Source of the DNA: a virus
Taxonomy: Duplodnaviria > Caudoviricetes
DNA length: 50,305 nucleotides
Virus record (IMG/VR): IMGVR_UViG_3300033388_003879
Coordinates: 1-50,305 of that record
Direction: 5' to 3' (one strand)
The position numbers and the translations under genes are program-made. This document shows, piece after piece, positions 18,346 to 27,038 of this stretch; positions within the stretch are counted from its first letter, which is position 1; each line of letters opens with the position of its first letter. Below the pieces are notes generated by a model, which saw only the letters and a program-made list of their open reading frames with translations, was not told the DNA's origin and searched no databases.

Positions 18346-19365
18346 ATGCCTAGAAAACATGCACCGTTTATTATTTGTAAATTTGAAATTAAAGCGGTTG
18401 ACGATAAAACAGATCCAGACAATTTTATTATCGAAGGTTTAGCTTCTCCTTACGGGAATATCGATTCCTATAGAGATGTTGTTATGCCTGGATCATTTAC
18501 GACAGACATTATTTCAAAAGGTGCCGGTCGACCTATCTTATGGCAACACAACAGAAGCGAGCCAATTGGAAAGGGTGAAATGACAGATCAGACAGCCGGT
18601 CTTGCATGTCAGATAAGACTACCGAAAGCTGATACTTTTGTTAGTGGTAGGGTAATGCCTCAAGTAAAAATCGGTTCTGTTACAGGTTTGTCTATTGGAT
18701 ACCGGACGATTAAAGAAGAATGGGACGATGTAGCTAGAGTGAATAGACTTCTTGAACTTGAATTAAAAGAGGTATCACTGGTTACTTTCCCAGCCAACGA
18801 TAACGCTAGAATAACAGCAGCTAAAGAATATATAAAAAGTTTCGGAGAAAATCCTGATTCAGAAACATCTTTCAAAGAATATCCATTGGCCGATGATAAA
18901 ACAGATTTCAACGCTGTAGATTCTATGGTTTCCCTTAAAGAAACCTTAACACTCGAATCTCCAAATTATGAAAAATGTTTCCTCATTCAGAACGGTGAAA
19001 AATCACAGCTTCCATATGCTGATTTTGTTAAAGGTGATTTAAAAATTATTCCAGGTGCTATTTATAGTTCTGCTGCTCAGTTTATAGCCAGAAAATCAGA
19101 TGATATTGAAGCCAAAGAATTCATAAATAAAATATATGCTAAAATGGGTCAGGAAATTCCTTTCCAGGAAAATAATGTTTATGTAGACCATAAAACCTAT
19201 GAGGCATTGAAAAAACAGGATCTAACCGCTATTTTTAATAGCGATGTTATATTAAGTAATTCAGTAAAAAATCTTATTGTCAAAGAGCTTGGTTCTAATC
19301 AGGGTTCGGTTCAACCTACCGATAAAAGCGATTTACTGGATGAATTAAAAGAATTAAATAAATAG
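18346..19365 (+). CDS. HK97-family prohead protease with C-terminal extension
   Basis: ILWQH, GLSIGY, EVSLVTFPAN; own promoter TTGACA(18296)-17-TATGAT. Confidence 0.92.
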   Translation: MPRKHAPFIICKFEIKAVDDKTDPDNFIIEGLASPYGNIDSYRDVVMPGSFTTDIISKGAGRPILWQHNRSEPIGKGEMTDQTAGLACQIRLPKADTFVSGRVMPQVKIGSVTGLSIGYRTIKEEWDDVARVNRLLELELKEVSLVTFPANDNARITAAKEYIKSFGENPDSETSFKEYPLADDKTDFNAVDSMVSLKETLTLESPNYEKCFLIQNGEKSQLPYADFVKGDLKIIPGAIYSSAAQFIARKSDDIEAKEFINKIYAKMGQEIPFQENNVYVDHKTYEALKKQDLTAIFNSDVILSNSVKNLIVKELGSNQGSVQPTDKSDLLDELKELNK

Positions 19366-19375
19366 GAGCGCAATA

Positions 19376-20716
19376 ATGCCCGAAGTAATCACTAAAGAAG
19401 AAGCTGTTGAGTTCGCTCAATTAGCTAAAAAAATGCAGACTGTCGTCGAAAAAAGCGGTACTGATTCTGTCGAATATAAAGCACTCACGGAAAAATCCGC
19501 GAAAGATTTCGAAGATTTTGTAGAAAAAAATGAAGAGCTCGTAAAAGAATATGAGCTTACAAAAAAGACTTCTGAAGAAAACGCAGAAAAGGTTAAACAC
19601 CTTGAAATGCTTTTTGAGAGAGGAAACGCCGGAAGTAAAGCAGATCCTGAACAGGCAAAACTTGATGCCTTTGAAGTATACGGTAATTTACTGAAAGGTG
19701 ATTTCGCCGGTGCTATGGCAGGGGATGAGTTCAAAGCCAAAGCAACAAAAGTTTTTTCCAATATGGCGAAAATGGATTTCACAGATCAGGAACATCTTGG
19801 CGTTAAATCCATGATGGCTAACATTAAAACCCTCGGTCAAAAAGCTGATGCCGGCGTACTTCGTTCTGATATCGGCGAACTCGGAGGCTATTTAATGGCT
19901 CCCGAAATCTCAACAGAACTGAATAAGCTCATCGTTGAAATGGGTCCGGTAAGAAGTTTCGCCAGAATTAAAAGCACCTCTGCAAAAACTTATACTGAGT
20001 GGATCAGAACTGGAATTCCTATAGCAAAGCGTGCGGGAGAATTAAGATCCGGTGATAAATCCGCTTCAAAATATGCCGAACAACAGTGGAATCCTCTTCG
20101 GATGACTAACACTATTCCAATATCTTCAGATCAGCTTTTATTCAGCCCTGTTGATATGGTTTCAGAACTCATCCAGGATAACGCCCAAGCGTTCGCACTT
20201 CTTGAATCTCAAGAATTCTATAATGGTGACGGTGTGAAAGGTTCTCAAGGTTTCAGTAATGATGGTAACGTTCCAGAGTTTGAAACAGCCACAAGCACCC
20301 TTGCTATGGATGACTTGAGACTGATGATCGGGGAACTTAAGCGTGGATACAATCCTCTGTTTATGTTCAATAGAAGAACTCTTGCTCAGTTGATGGTTCT
20401 TAAAGATGATTATGGACGTTACCTGTGGAATCCTCCTTTTGGAGATGCTGCAAGCGGTGCTCCTGCTACGATTGCCGGTGTTCGTTATTCAGCTGACTTT
20501 ATCGAGTTCCCAGATATCGATGTTGATAATGCATTTCCTATTCTTCTAGCTGATATGTCAAAATTTTATCAGATTGTTGATAGAACTGATATCACAATGA
20601 TTCGTGATCAGTACACCGAAGCCCAGGAAGCAGCCGTGAATTTCACAATGCACAAATGGTCTTATGGTAAGCCTAAACTTCATGAAGCCGGAATAAGACT
20701 TAAAAAGATTTCTTAA
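19376..20716 (+). CDS. major capsid protein (HK97 fold, N-terminal delta domain)
   Basis: Coiled-coil N-terminus, GGYLMAPE, FYNGDG, LKDDYGRYLW. Confidence 0.93.
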   Translation: MPEVITKEEAVEFAQLAKKMQTVVEKSGTDSVEYKALTEKSAKDFEDFVEKNEELVKEYELTKKTSEENAEKVKHLEMLFERGNAGSKADPEQAKLDAFEVYGNLLKGDFAGAMAGDEFKAKATKVFSNMAKMDFTDQEHLGVKSMMANIKTLGQKADAGVLRSDIGELGGYLMAPEISTELNKLIVEMGPVRSFARIKSTSAKTYTEWIRTGIPIAKRAGELRSGDKSASKYAEQQWNPLRMTNTIPISSDQLLFSPVDMVSELIQDNAQAFALLESQEFYNGDGVKGSQGFSNDGNVPEFETATSTLAMDDLRLMIGELKRGYNPLFMFNRRTLAQLMVLKDDYGRYLWNPPFGDAASGAPATIAGVRYSADFIEFPDIDVDNAFPILLADMSKFYQIVDRTDITMIRDQYTEAQEAAVNFTMHKWSYGKPKLHEAGIRLKKIS

Positions 20717-20772
20717 TATATTTAGCCCTGAGATTATTCAGGGCAATATTTTGATTTTAGGAGAATATTAAA

Positions 20773-21270
20773 ATGATAAAAGAACAATTTTCATGCAGTA
20801 AGCCAGTTCTGGCAATAGCTGCAACAGAAACAATAAATAGCAATACCACAACTTACGGGGCGTGGATTGATACTCAGAACTATAGAAGCTTAACAGTTCC
20901 TATAGATGCTGATTGGACAACTGACGGACAGATTGATTCAATAGGATTTCAGGAATCTGCAGTAGTTGGGCACGGTGATGCCGCAGATATACCAGAAGCA
21001 GAAAATCTTTATTATCCAGGTTCTTTCCCGATTGTAGCCGACGCGTTAATTCATGTAGGGTGCGTTGCAAAAGAAAGATGGGTAAGACTGAAGATCGTTA
21101 CAACCGGATTTTCTTCTGGAAATATTGTTATTCCGAAAACTGCCGGATTGCTTCAGGATTCAGTAATTAAGCCACAGGTAAAAGAATCTTCTGTTGTTGC
21201 TGATGCTGATATGATTATGCCGTCAAGCACAGCTGATGCCGTAACAACACCGCCTAAACGTACAGCGTAA
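20773..21270 (+). CDS. probable capsid decoration/auxiliary head protein
   Basis: Follows capsid gene; beta-rich, RWVRLKIV. Confidence 0.55.
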   Translation: MIKEQFSCSKPVLAIAATETINSNTTTYGAWIDTQNYRSLTVPIDADWTTDGQIDSIGFQESAVVGHGDAADIPEAENLYYPGSFPIVADALIHVGCVAKERWVRLKIVTTGFSSGNIVIPKTAGLLQDSVIKPQVKESSVVADADMIMPSSTADAVTTPPKRTA

Positions 21271-21280
21271 GGGGGATTAG

Positions 21281-21655
21281 ATGCAGATAATTTTTGATAA
21301 AGCCGGAAAGAGAATGAATAATTTTCATATCCTGTCAGTAACTGAAAGTCAGGTTGAAGACGGGGCTGTCTTTGAAGTCGATGAGAAAAACGCCAGAGAT
21401 TATATCAAGGCTAAAAAAGCTCATGAATATAAAGAGCCTGTCAAACCTGAACCTCCGAAAGATACCGGAGACGGTGAAGAACTTGGAACTGACATTGATA
21501 AAATGACTGTTCCTCAGCTCGAAGAGTTCGCAGCTTCTGTTGAACCGGTCATTGATATCAGTGAAGCTAAAAATAAAGCTGAAAAGCTGGAAATTATCAG
21601 CACTGAAATCGCTGTGAGAAAAGCAGCTCTTGAAGAGTTAAATAAAGACAATTAA
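21281..21655 (+). CDS. head-associated protein with C-terminal Rho-N/HeH-like motif
   Basis: DKMTVPQLEEFA...AKNKAEKLEII. Confidence 0.55.
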   Translation: MQIIFDKAGKRMNNFHILSVTESQVEDGAVFEVDEKNARDYIKAKKAHEYKEPVKPEPPKDTGDGEELGTDIDKMTVPQLEEFAASVEPVIDISEAKNKAEKLEIISTEIAVRKAALEELNKDN

Positions 21656-21660
21656 AACTT

Positions 21661-21678
21661 AAGCCCTTCGGGGCTTTT
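21661..21678 (+). terminator. intrinsic terminator
   Basis: AAGCCC-TTCG-GGGCTTTT. Confidence 0.85.
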
Positions 21679-21814
21679 GTTATTTAATAGTGGGTGTTTG
21701 GTCGTATAATCCCTTGCTTGTAATAGCATAAATGAGATGGACTCAATCAGAGGAGCTGATGAATAAAGGCAAGCCGGAGCCAGTCTGACAAATCCGGCAT
21801 TTTAAGGGGAAATT

Positions 21815-22510
21815 ATGTATTCAGTAAAGCCATTAATAACCAGAAAAACAGAGATAGTTCAAGATCCAATCTTAACCAAAGAAGAGGTTGGATTATGGCT
21901 CAATCTCCCCGCTGGAATTATCGCAAAAAATACTTTATTGATTGAATCCCTGGTTAAAACCGTCACTGATGTTGTTCAGAATTATACATGGTTAAGATTA
22001 CAGAGAACTACTTTTGAAGCAGAATTTTCACTCGATTATTGCTACTGGGGTTATTTTATATCCGGTAATTTAAAACTAATGCTTGAAAGATCCCCTATTA
22101 TCGCACTTTCAGATATAGAAAAAATAGAATACTTGAATGAAGACGGTGTTTATGTAGAATTTGACCGTGGAGCGATGACGACCGCCGGACTATATGAAAA
22201 CACCACCGAGAAACAGGAACAGCGCGGGTGGGCTTCTGTGTATACCCGAGAGGCTATTCCATTTGACAATACAAGATATAATGCCTACAAAATCCGTATA
22301 ACGTTCGTAGCAGGATTTACTATTGACGATGATCCGGTTACAGATATCCCGCCGGCTTTAAAAACTGCTATGTTGCAGATAATCGCGAGTTATTATACTA
22401 ATCGTGGTGATTGTGCGGAGCGTGGCTGTAATTTGAATGGGTTTCCAGTGCCGTGCGAAGCGAAAGGAATTATGGATCAGTATACACTTGCACGGACTGT
22501 TTTGTGTTAA
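21815..22510 (+). CDS. head-tail connector (gp6-like)
   Basis: IRITFVAGF...IPPALKTAMLQIIASYYTNRG. Confidence 0.85.
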   Translation: MYSVKPLITRKTEIVQDPILTKEEVGLWLNLPAGIIAKNTLLIESLVKTVTDVVQNYTWLRLQRTTFEAEFSLDYCYWGYFISGNLKLMLERSPIIALSDIEKIEYLNEDGVYVEFDRGAMTTAGLYENTTEKQEQRGWASVYTREAIPFDNTRYNAYKIRITFVAGFTIDDDPVTDIPPALKTAMLQIIASYYTNRGDCAERGCNLNGFPVPCEAKGIMDQYTLARTVLC

Positions 22511-23028
22511 ATTAATAAATTTCTTACTTTTTCAACTGTCTCAACAGCAACTATAGAAGTTGTTTCTTTTGAATCAAAAAGTGTAATCATGATCGGTTGC
22601 ATCTCTGGAATAGTTTCAATAAGTTGTTTTTCTGTATTACAACTATTCATAACATTCCATAACATTTCTTTTGCTTCATCTCTATTTTTTTCTAGAACTT
22701 TTTTACCTTTAGCAATTTTCATCAACTCTGTGTTTTTCTCACCAGAGAAGTACCAGTTTTTATGCTTAGGGTCTGGCACTCTATTTACCTTTACAGAGAA
22801 AACCTCTCCACTTCTATAAGATTGAGATTCACCGAAACCATAGTGTGCGTAAGTCGTGAATGATATAAATTTTTCACATGCTTTATATGGAACGCCAGAA
22901 AGCTCTTTCGATATCAATGATTCAACAAGAGAAGACGCTAATTGATTTAACGCTTCATCTTTATCATCAAACTTTCTCTTTAAAACTTCATTTACCAATC
23001 TCTCTTTCTTCGATTTGCTTAATTTCAT
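22507..23028 (-). CDS. hypothetical protein
   Basis: AAGAGAGG RBS; C-terminal TEKQLIETIPE. Confidence 0.7.
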   Translation of the reverse strand: MKLSKSKKERLVNEVLKRKFDDKDEALNQLASSLVESLISKELSGVPYKACEKFISFTTYAHYGFGESQSYRSGEVFSVKVNRVPDPKHKNWYFSGEKNTELMKIAKGKKVLEKNRDEAKEMLWNVMNSCNTEKQLIETIPEMQPIMITLFDSKETTSIVAVETVEKVRNLLI

Positions 23029-23049
23029 TCTCTACCTCTCTTAAAATAT

Positions 23050-23235
23050 TTATTTTTCTGGATATGTAGCTTTTAATGCTTGCTCAAATACAGAAACTAT
23101 TTCTTTTACTGTTGTTTCTCCAGTATTTATAGATTTATTTAAATCCTCAACGCTTAAATCTTCATCTTCTTTTCTGTCATAAAAAACAAAACCTGTTACC
23201 AAATCTTTTACAGTATTTCTTATTTCTTCTGTCAC
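23050..23235 (-). CDS. hypothetical protein
   Basis: YDRKEDEDL motif; GTGA overlap. Confidence 0.65.
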   Translation of the reverse strand: MTEEIRNTVKDLVTGFVFYDRKEDEDLSVEDLNKSINTGETTVKEIVSVFEQALKATYPEK

Positions 23236-23432
23236 GCCTCTACTCTCCTTTTCTTCTGTTCTCTGACTTCAAATTTCCAGTCAGGATTATCTATATTCAA
23301 ATGTTCACACTTTTTATCTGCATGTGATTTATCTTGATACATTACTGCATGGATCAATCTATTTACTAATCCAATTTTTCCTAATGCACTGAATTTTTTA
23401 CAGGTCGGTGATTTTCCGTAGATTATGTGCAT
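23232..23432 (-). CDS. hypothetical protein
   Basis: GAGG RBS. Confidence 0.65.
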   Translation of the reverse strand: MHIIYGKSPTCKKFSALGKIGLVNRLIHAVMYQDKSHADKKCEHLNIDNPDWKFEVREQKKRRVEA

Positions 23433-23433
23433 A

Positions 23434-23688
23434 TTAATATCCTCTTCGAATTTTTCTAGCTTCTCTTTTGATCGAATTAGAAACTGTTCCGTTATATTTT
23501 CTTAACTGATTAAAGGCATTATCATAATTAGACTTAGCTCTTTTGTATTCAGTGCTATTTTTAGTTTCATCATTTACCATACCGGTATCTGTCAAGTTTC
23601 CTTCTCTTATTTTATTAAGCTTTTCACTTGTAATATCAACCAGCTGATTGTATTTATTACTTGCATCTATAAATTCGTTGACTGTCAT
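23434..23688 (-). CDS. hypothetical protein
   Basis: GAGGTG RBS directly after promoter. Confidence 0.7.
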   Translation of the reverse strand: MTVNEFIDASNKYNQLVDITSEKLNKIREGNLTDTGMVNDETKNSTEYKRAKSNYDNAFNQLRKYNGTVSNSIKREARKIRRGY

Positions 23689-23716
23689 TCTTCACCTCAT
23701 CCTCAATCTACTACCT

Positions 23717-23828
23717 ATTATACAGGTATATTTAACCATGTCAATAAGATACTATAAAATAATAGATAATAAAAATAATCACTAATTTGTTTATATTCTC
23801 TTGACATACTATAAATACTGTATATAAT
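23717..23828. promoter_or_regulatory. divergent early-type promoters
   Basis: Minus: TTGACA(23744)-16-TATAAT. Plus: TTGACA(23801)-16-TATAAT with ACATACTAT. Confidence 0.75.
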
Positions 23829-23859
23829 TAGAGGTAGATTAGAGAGAAGAGGTGATGAG

Positions 23860-24021
23860 ATGAGCGAAAAAAGATTTGAACTTAGAGAAGAAATAACCAA
23901 ACATACCATTCAGTATTTTGATAATTTGGAAGAAGCTCAGGAAGAACAAAATCTTCTAAATAAAATAAATACAGAAGTTTACGATATAGAATGGAAGGAA
24001 ATTAGACTTCCTATGTTCTAA
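23860..24021 (+). CDS. 53-aa hypothetical protein
   Basis: Not in ORF track; GAGGTG RBS. Confidence 0.65.
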   Translation: MSEKRFELREEITKHTIQYFDNLEEAQEEQNLLNKINTEVYDIEWKEIRLPMF

Positions 24022-24034
24022 GAGGAGTTAGAAT

Positions 24035-24172
24035 ATGAAAGATTCAAAGCAATGTGATATATGCATCCATGATCCTTTAGATCCATCACCTGATACATAT
24101 TGTGATGATTGTGATAATGGAAGTGAATATATTGAGAACAGTATTAAAGTAGAAATTCTTCGAAATAAATAA
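24035..24172 (+). CDS. 45-aa CxxC...CxxC protein
   Basis: Not in ORF track; GAGGAG RBS. Confidence 0.6.
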   Translation: MKDSKQCDICIHDPLDPSPDTYCDDCDNGSEYIENSIKVEILRNK

Positions 24173-24235
24173 TACATTTATAGCCAGCATTTTAAAAAGT
24201 GCTGGTCAGTAAATTGATTATTAAGAGAGGTGAAC

Positions 24236-24421
24236 ATGTTAGATAAAGAATGTCGTAAGTGTGGACCAGACAATAGAGATTTCAATAAACTATTCGAAGA
24301 TTTTTGTGAAAAGTATAGTCTTGTTTATGACTTTACAAGACTTGGAGTTTGCGGTTACAAATCGAACGAAACACACAGAGCTTTCATTGTATGGTCAAAG
24401 GCTTCAGGTATTGGAAAATGA
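24236..24421 (+). CDS. hypothetical protein
   Basis: AAGAGAGGTG RBS. Confidence 0.65.
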   Translation: MLDKECRKCGPDNRDFNKLFEDFCEKYSLVYDFTRLGVCGYKSNETHRAFIVWSKASGIGK

Positions 24422-24564
24422 AAAAACGATTTATCAAAAGAAAACTTAACCGGATCAATGAGAAAATTCTCAACACTGAAATCGGAAAAGACGGTAGATT
24501 GATGCAGCTATGCAAGGAAAAGAACCAACTGGAAAATGCTTTTTATAGAGAGGTGCGGAAGTGA
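24418..24564 (+). CDS. hypothetical basic protein
   Basis: ATGA overlap. Confidence 0.55.
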   Translation: MKKRFIKRKLNRINEKILNTEIGKDGRLMQLCKEKNQLENAFYREVRK

Positions 24565-24743
24565 AATGTAATTGCCAGTACTGCCAACAAAAAGAGCAGA
24601 TTGAAAAACTCGAAGTCCAACTCGATGCAAATAAAAATTGTCTGAATTGTACTAATTATATTTTCATTCCTGCCGATGTCTTAGGTTGCAAGATACATCA
24701 TAGAGAATACCGGAAAATATGTGATAAATGGAGTCAGTTGTGA
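24561..24743 (+). CDS. small Cys-rich protein
   Basis: GTGA overlap; GAGAGG RBS. Confidence 0.6.
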   Translation: MKCNCQYCQQKEQIEKLEVQLDANKNCLNCTNYIFIPADVLGCKIHHREYRKICDKWSQL

Positions 24744-25075
24744 AATGCAATACTAAAAAATGTAAATCGGAATGTTGCGGAATTGTTCCTATTGAAAAAG
24801 TAATTGTTGATTTGCATAGGAATAAAATAAATCCAAAGGCTCAAATAATTGAAGCGACAGAATCTACAAATATTGTTTTTATTCCTGAATCTGGTAGATG
24901 TGGATTTTTAAACTCTGATCACGGATGCAAAATTTACAATGATAGGCCATTGGTTTGTAGGATGTTCGGCGAAAAAGGAAATATCAATCCGCTGTTGAAA
25001 TGTCCGCATTTAAACCAGTTAACCGAAACCGATAAAAAGATTGTAGATAGCAAGTTTAAAAACTTAGGACTATAA
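24740..25075 (+). CDS. YkgJ-family cysteine cluster protein
   Basis: C..KCKSECC...CGFL...CKIYNDRPLVCRMF. Confidence 0.85.
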   Translation: MKCNTKKCKSECCGIVPIEKVIVDLHRNKINPKAQIIEATESTNIVFIPESGRCGFLNSDHGCKIYNDRPLVCRMFGEKGNINPLLKCPHLNQLTETDKKIVDSKFKNLGL

Positions 25076-25080
25076 TATCC

Positions 25081-25107
25081 AATCCAGCTTAACCGCTGGA
25101 TTTTTTT
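25081..25107 (+). terminator. intrinsic terminator
   Basis: AATCCAGC/GCTGGATT plus T-run. Confidence 0.85.
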
Positions 25108-25130
25108 ATCTCTCAGGTTTACAATAAATC

Positions 25131-25541
25131 ATGAGCTGTATTAAAACACAATATACCAGACAAATTATCTGCGCCGGTGCTATGAAAGATTTTATAGAAA
25201 TCTATAGCCGGACTATGCCAGGAACTAATCCAGGTAAAACAATTCAATCAGAACCTACATTCAGCAAAATATCTGACTTTGCCGGTCTACTGGAAGCTGT
25301 CAGAGCAACACCACGTCAAGAAGGTGTGAATCCTTCAGATGCAGATACACATGTCTGCTACATTCCATATGATCAAACCGTATTTGAAATGGATAAGAAT
25401 AAATTCTTCATTAAAATCACTCGCACTCGATCACGGTATTTTAAATTTACTGCTGTTATGGACTGGGGCGAACAGGAACAATATTTACAGATACGATTGA
25501 ATGAAACAGGGTTTTCAGATTTGGAGGCTAGCGGTGGCTAA
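25131..25541 (+). CDS. head closure / head-tail adaptor
   Basis: Position and pattern AGAMKDFIEI...THVCYI...YLQI. Confidence 0.65.
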   Translation: MSCIKTQYTRQIICAGAMKDFIEIYSRTMPGTNPGKTIQSEPTFSKISDFAGLLEAVRATPRQEGVNPSDADTHVCYIPYDQTVFEMDKNKFFIKITRTRSRYFKFTAVMDWGEQEQYLQIRLNETGFSDLEASGG

Positions 25542-25950
25542 TAATCCGAGTGCTAATTATACTCAAGAAATAATGATTAGAGAATTAGAAAAACATAAAG
25601 ATAATATACGGCTCGCTTTAAAAGTTCATGGTAAAAAAGTCACTGTGAAATTAAAAAGCACTATTAAAACAGCCAGAGGAACCGGTACTAAATACCCGAA
25701 TCTACCCAATAGATCATCTGCACCGGGAGAAATTCCCGTTAGTCAGTCCGGTAAATTAGAACGCGGTTTCGGATATAAATCGAGAGTTAATGAATTGCTG
25801 GTATTTAATAAAGCCACGAGCAGCGGTGCGCCATATCCTTTATTTTTGAATGAAGGTACAAGTAAAATGAAACCACGGCAATATTTTGATAATACAATTG
25901 AATCTATGAATATGCTGTTATATGTCGATTTACAGAATATATTTCATTGA
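25534..25950 (+). CDS. HK97 gp10-like tail/neck component
   Basis: SAPGEIP..SGKL; YPLFLNEGTSKMKPRQY; GGAGG RBS before GTG 25534. Confidence 0.8.
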   Translation: MANNPSANYTQEIMIRELEKHKDNIRLALKVHGKKVTVKLKSTIKTARGTGTKYPNLPNRSSAPGEIPVSQSGKLERGFGYKSRVNELLVFNKATSSGAPYPLFLNEGTSKMKPRQYFDNTIESMNMLLYVDLQNIFH

Positions 25951-25980
25951 TAAAATTTTGGATGTGGATTATATTTAAAT

Positions 25981-26148
25981 AGTCCTAGTCGAGGCTAGGA
26001 CAGCACGGCTGGAGAGCTTAGACCGAAAGGTGGATACTTGAAAAATGGGTGATACGCTACCCTGAGTGCGAGATTGAAAAACCTATTTTTAGGTTAATCC
26101 GATTTGATCACGGATTATTTAAAGCTTCTCAGACGAGAGGCTTTTTTA
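25981..26148 (+). ncRNA. structured ncRNA of unknown class
   Basis: TTGATA(25947)-17-TATATT promoter, five hairpins, terminator, no ORF. Confidence 0.65.
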
Positions 26149-26177
26149 TTCTAATCATAAAATAATTAAATATTCTC

Positions 26178-26206
26178 TTGACATACCATGATATAAAGAT
26201 TAGATT
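26178..26206 (+). promoter_or_regulatory. early-type promoter with ACATACCAT
   Basis: TTGACA-17-TAGATT. Confidence 0.7.
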
Positions 26207-26223
26207 TAGGTAGATTAAAGAGC

Positions 26224-26385
26224 TTGATAATGTAGATTATCCATATTATATTTAACGTATCTGAACTAACCACTCAGGTGCATAGAACATGGAATTTTTT
26301 AAAAGCATTGAGCGCTTTTTATGTCAGATCTTCCATGTGTCTGGCTCCCTATGTGGTGTAGGGGAAGCGCTGAGTGCTTTTCTTA
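26224..26385 (+). ncRNA. a/b antisense-attenuator RNA element 3 (orphan) with its promoter
   Basis: TTGATA-17-TATATT; ACCAC/GTGGT and ACATGGAA/TTCCATGT pairings; long hairpin ending TTTTCTT. Confidence 0.65.
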
Positions 26386-26537
26386 TTGTTCAGCTCGTGT
26401 TTTGTAACGGTTTGACGTAATAGTAGTCTATCCACCGTAGTACAGGTAAAGGTGAGTAGGAGCACTGCAAGTAGAGATAAATGTATCTTGACAGGTTCGG
26501 TATAGGTGGGTTTTAAAAAAAAAAGAGAGGATAGAAT

Positions 26538-26762
26538 ATGAAAGGAGGGAGAGGTAACAAGAGAATGAGGAGAGTGTGCCGAAAGAAAAGGACATTCCAC
26601 TCTTTGCAAGATGCTTATGATTCATCTTTTGCCTTAAATAGAAGAGGCTTTATGTTGAAGCCTTATGCTTGTGGGAACCATTGGCATTTATGTAAAAGAT
26701 CAAAAGAAGAACGATTGATGATAATATTTGATAAAATCGAAAATGAAAGGAAGAATAGATGA
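26538..26762 (+). CDS. small basic protein with Y-x-C...HWHL motif
   Basis: AAGAGAGG RBS. Confidence 0.7.
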   Translation: MKGGRGNKRMRRVCRKKRTFHSLQDAYDSSFALNRRGFMLKPYACGNHWHLCKRSKEERLMIIFDKIENERKNR

Positions 26763-26995
26763 AAATATTTACAAAAAAGAATTTTATGAGATTTATGGGA
26801 ATAGCATTTATGTATATCCCAGTATGGTCGGCTGTTAAGTTGTATCAAATATATAGCGGTACTGTTTCCTTTTCTGGACTAGACATGATAATGTTGGTTG
26901 GGTACATAGGGGCAAGCTTTTTTATAAAGGCTGTAGATCTTATTATTACCGGAAATTCTGGCACATTGACAATTGAGTTAAACAAACGTAGTTAA
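26759..26995 (+). CDS. small membrane protein (2 TM)
   Basis: ATGA overlap, hydrophobic segments. Confidence 0.65.
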   Translation: MKIFTKKNFMRFMGIAFMYIPVWSAVKLYQIYSGTVSFSGLDMIMLVGYIGASFFIKAVDLIITGNSGTLTIELNKRS

Positions 26996-27000
26996 TATAG

Positions 27001-27028
27001 AGCTTCTCTTCGGAGAGGCTTTTTTTTT
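27001..27028 (+). terminator. intrinsic terminator
   Basis: AGCTTCTC-TTCG-GAGAGGCT plus T-run. Confidence 0.85.
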
Positions 27029-27038
27029 AGGAGGCATT

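Noticed and set aside
21756-21812. CTGATGA...GAAA hammerhead ribozyme core
   Set aside because: Stem II and stems I/III cannot be formed around the core
26009-26031. CTGGAGAGCTTA...ACCGAAAGG resembles a glycine riboswitch aptamer
   Set aside because: No P2 helix and no downstream CTCTCAGG core
26349-26625. Minus-strand ORFs of 86 and 65 aa
   Set aside because: They overlap RNA element 3 or the plus-strand gene with a strong RBS; composition looks like shadow ORFs
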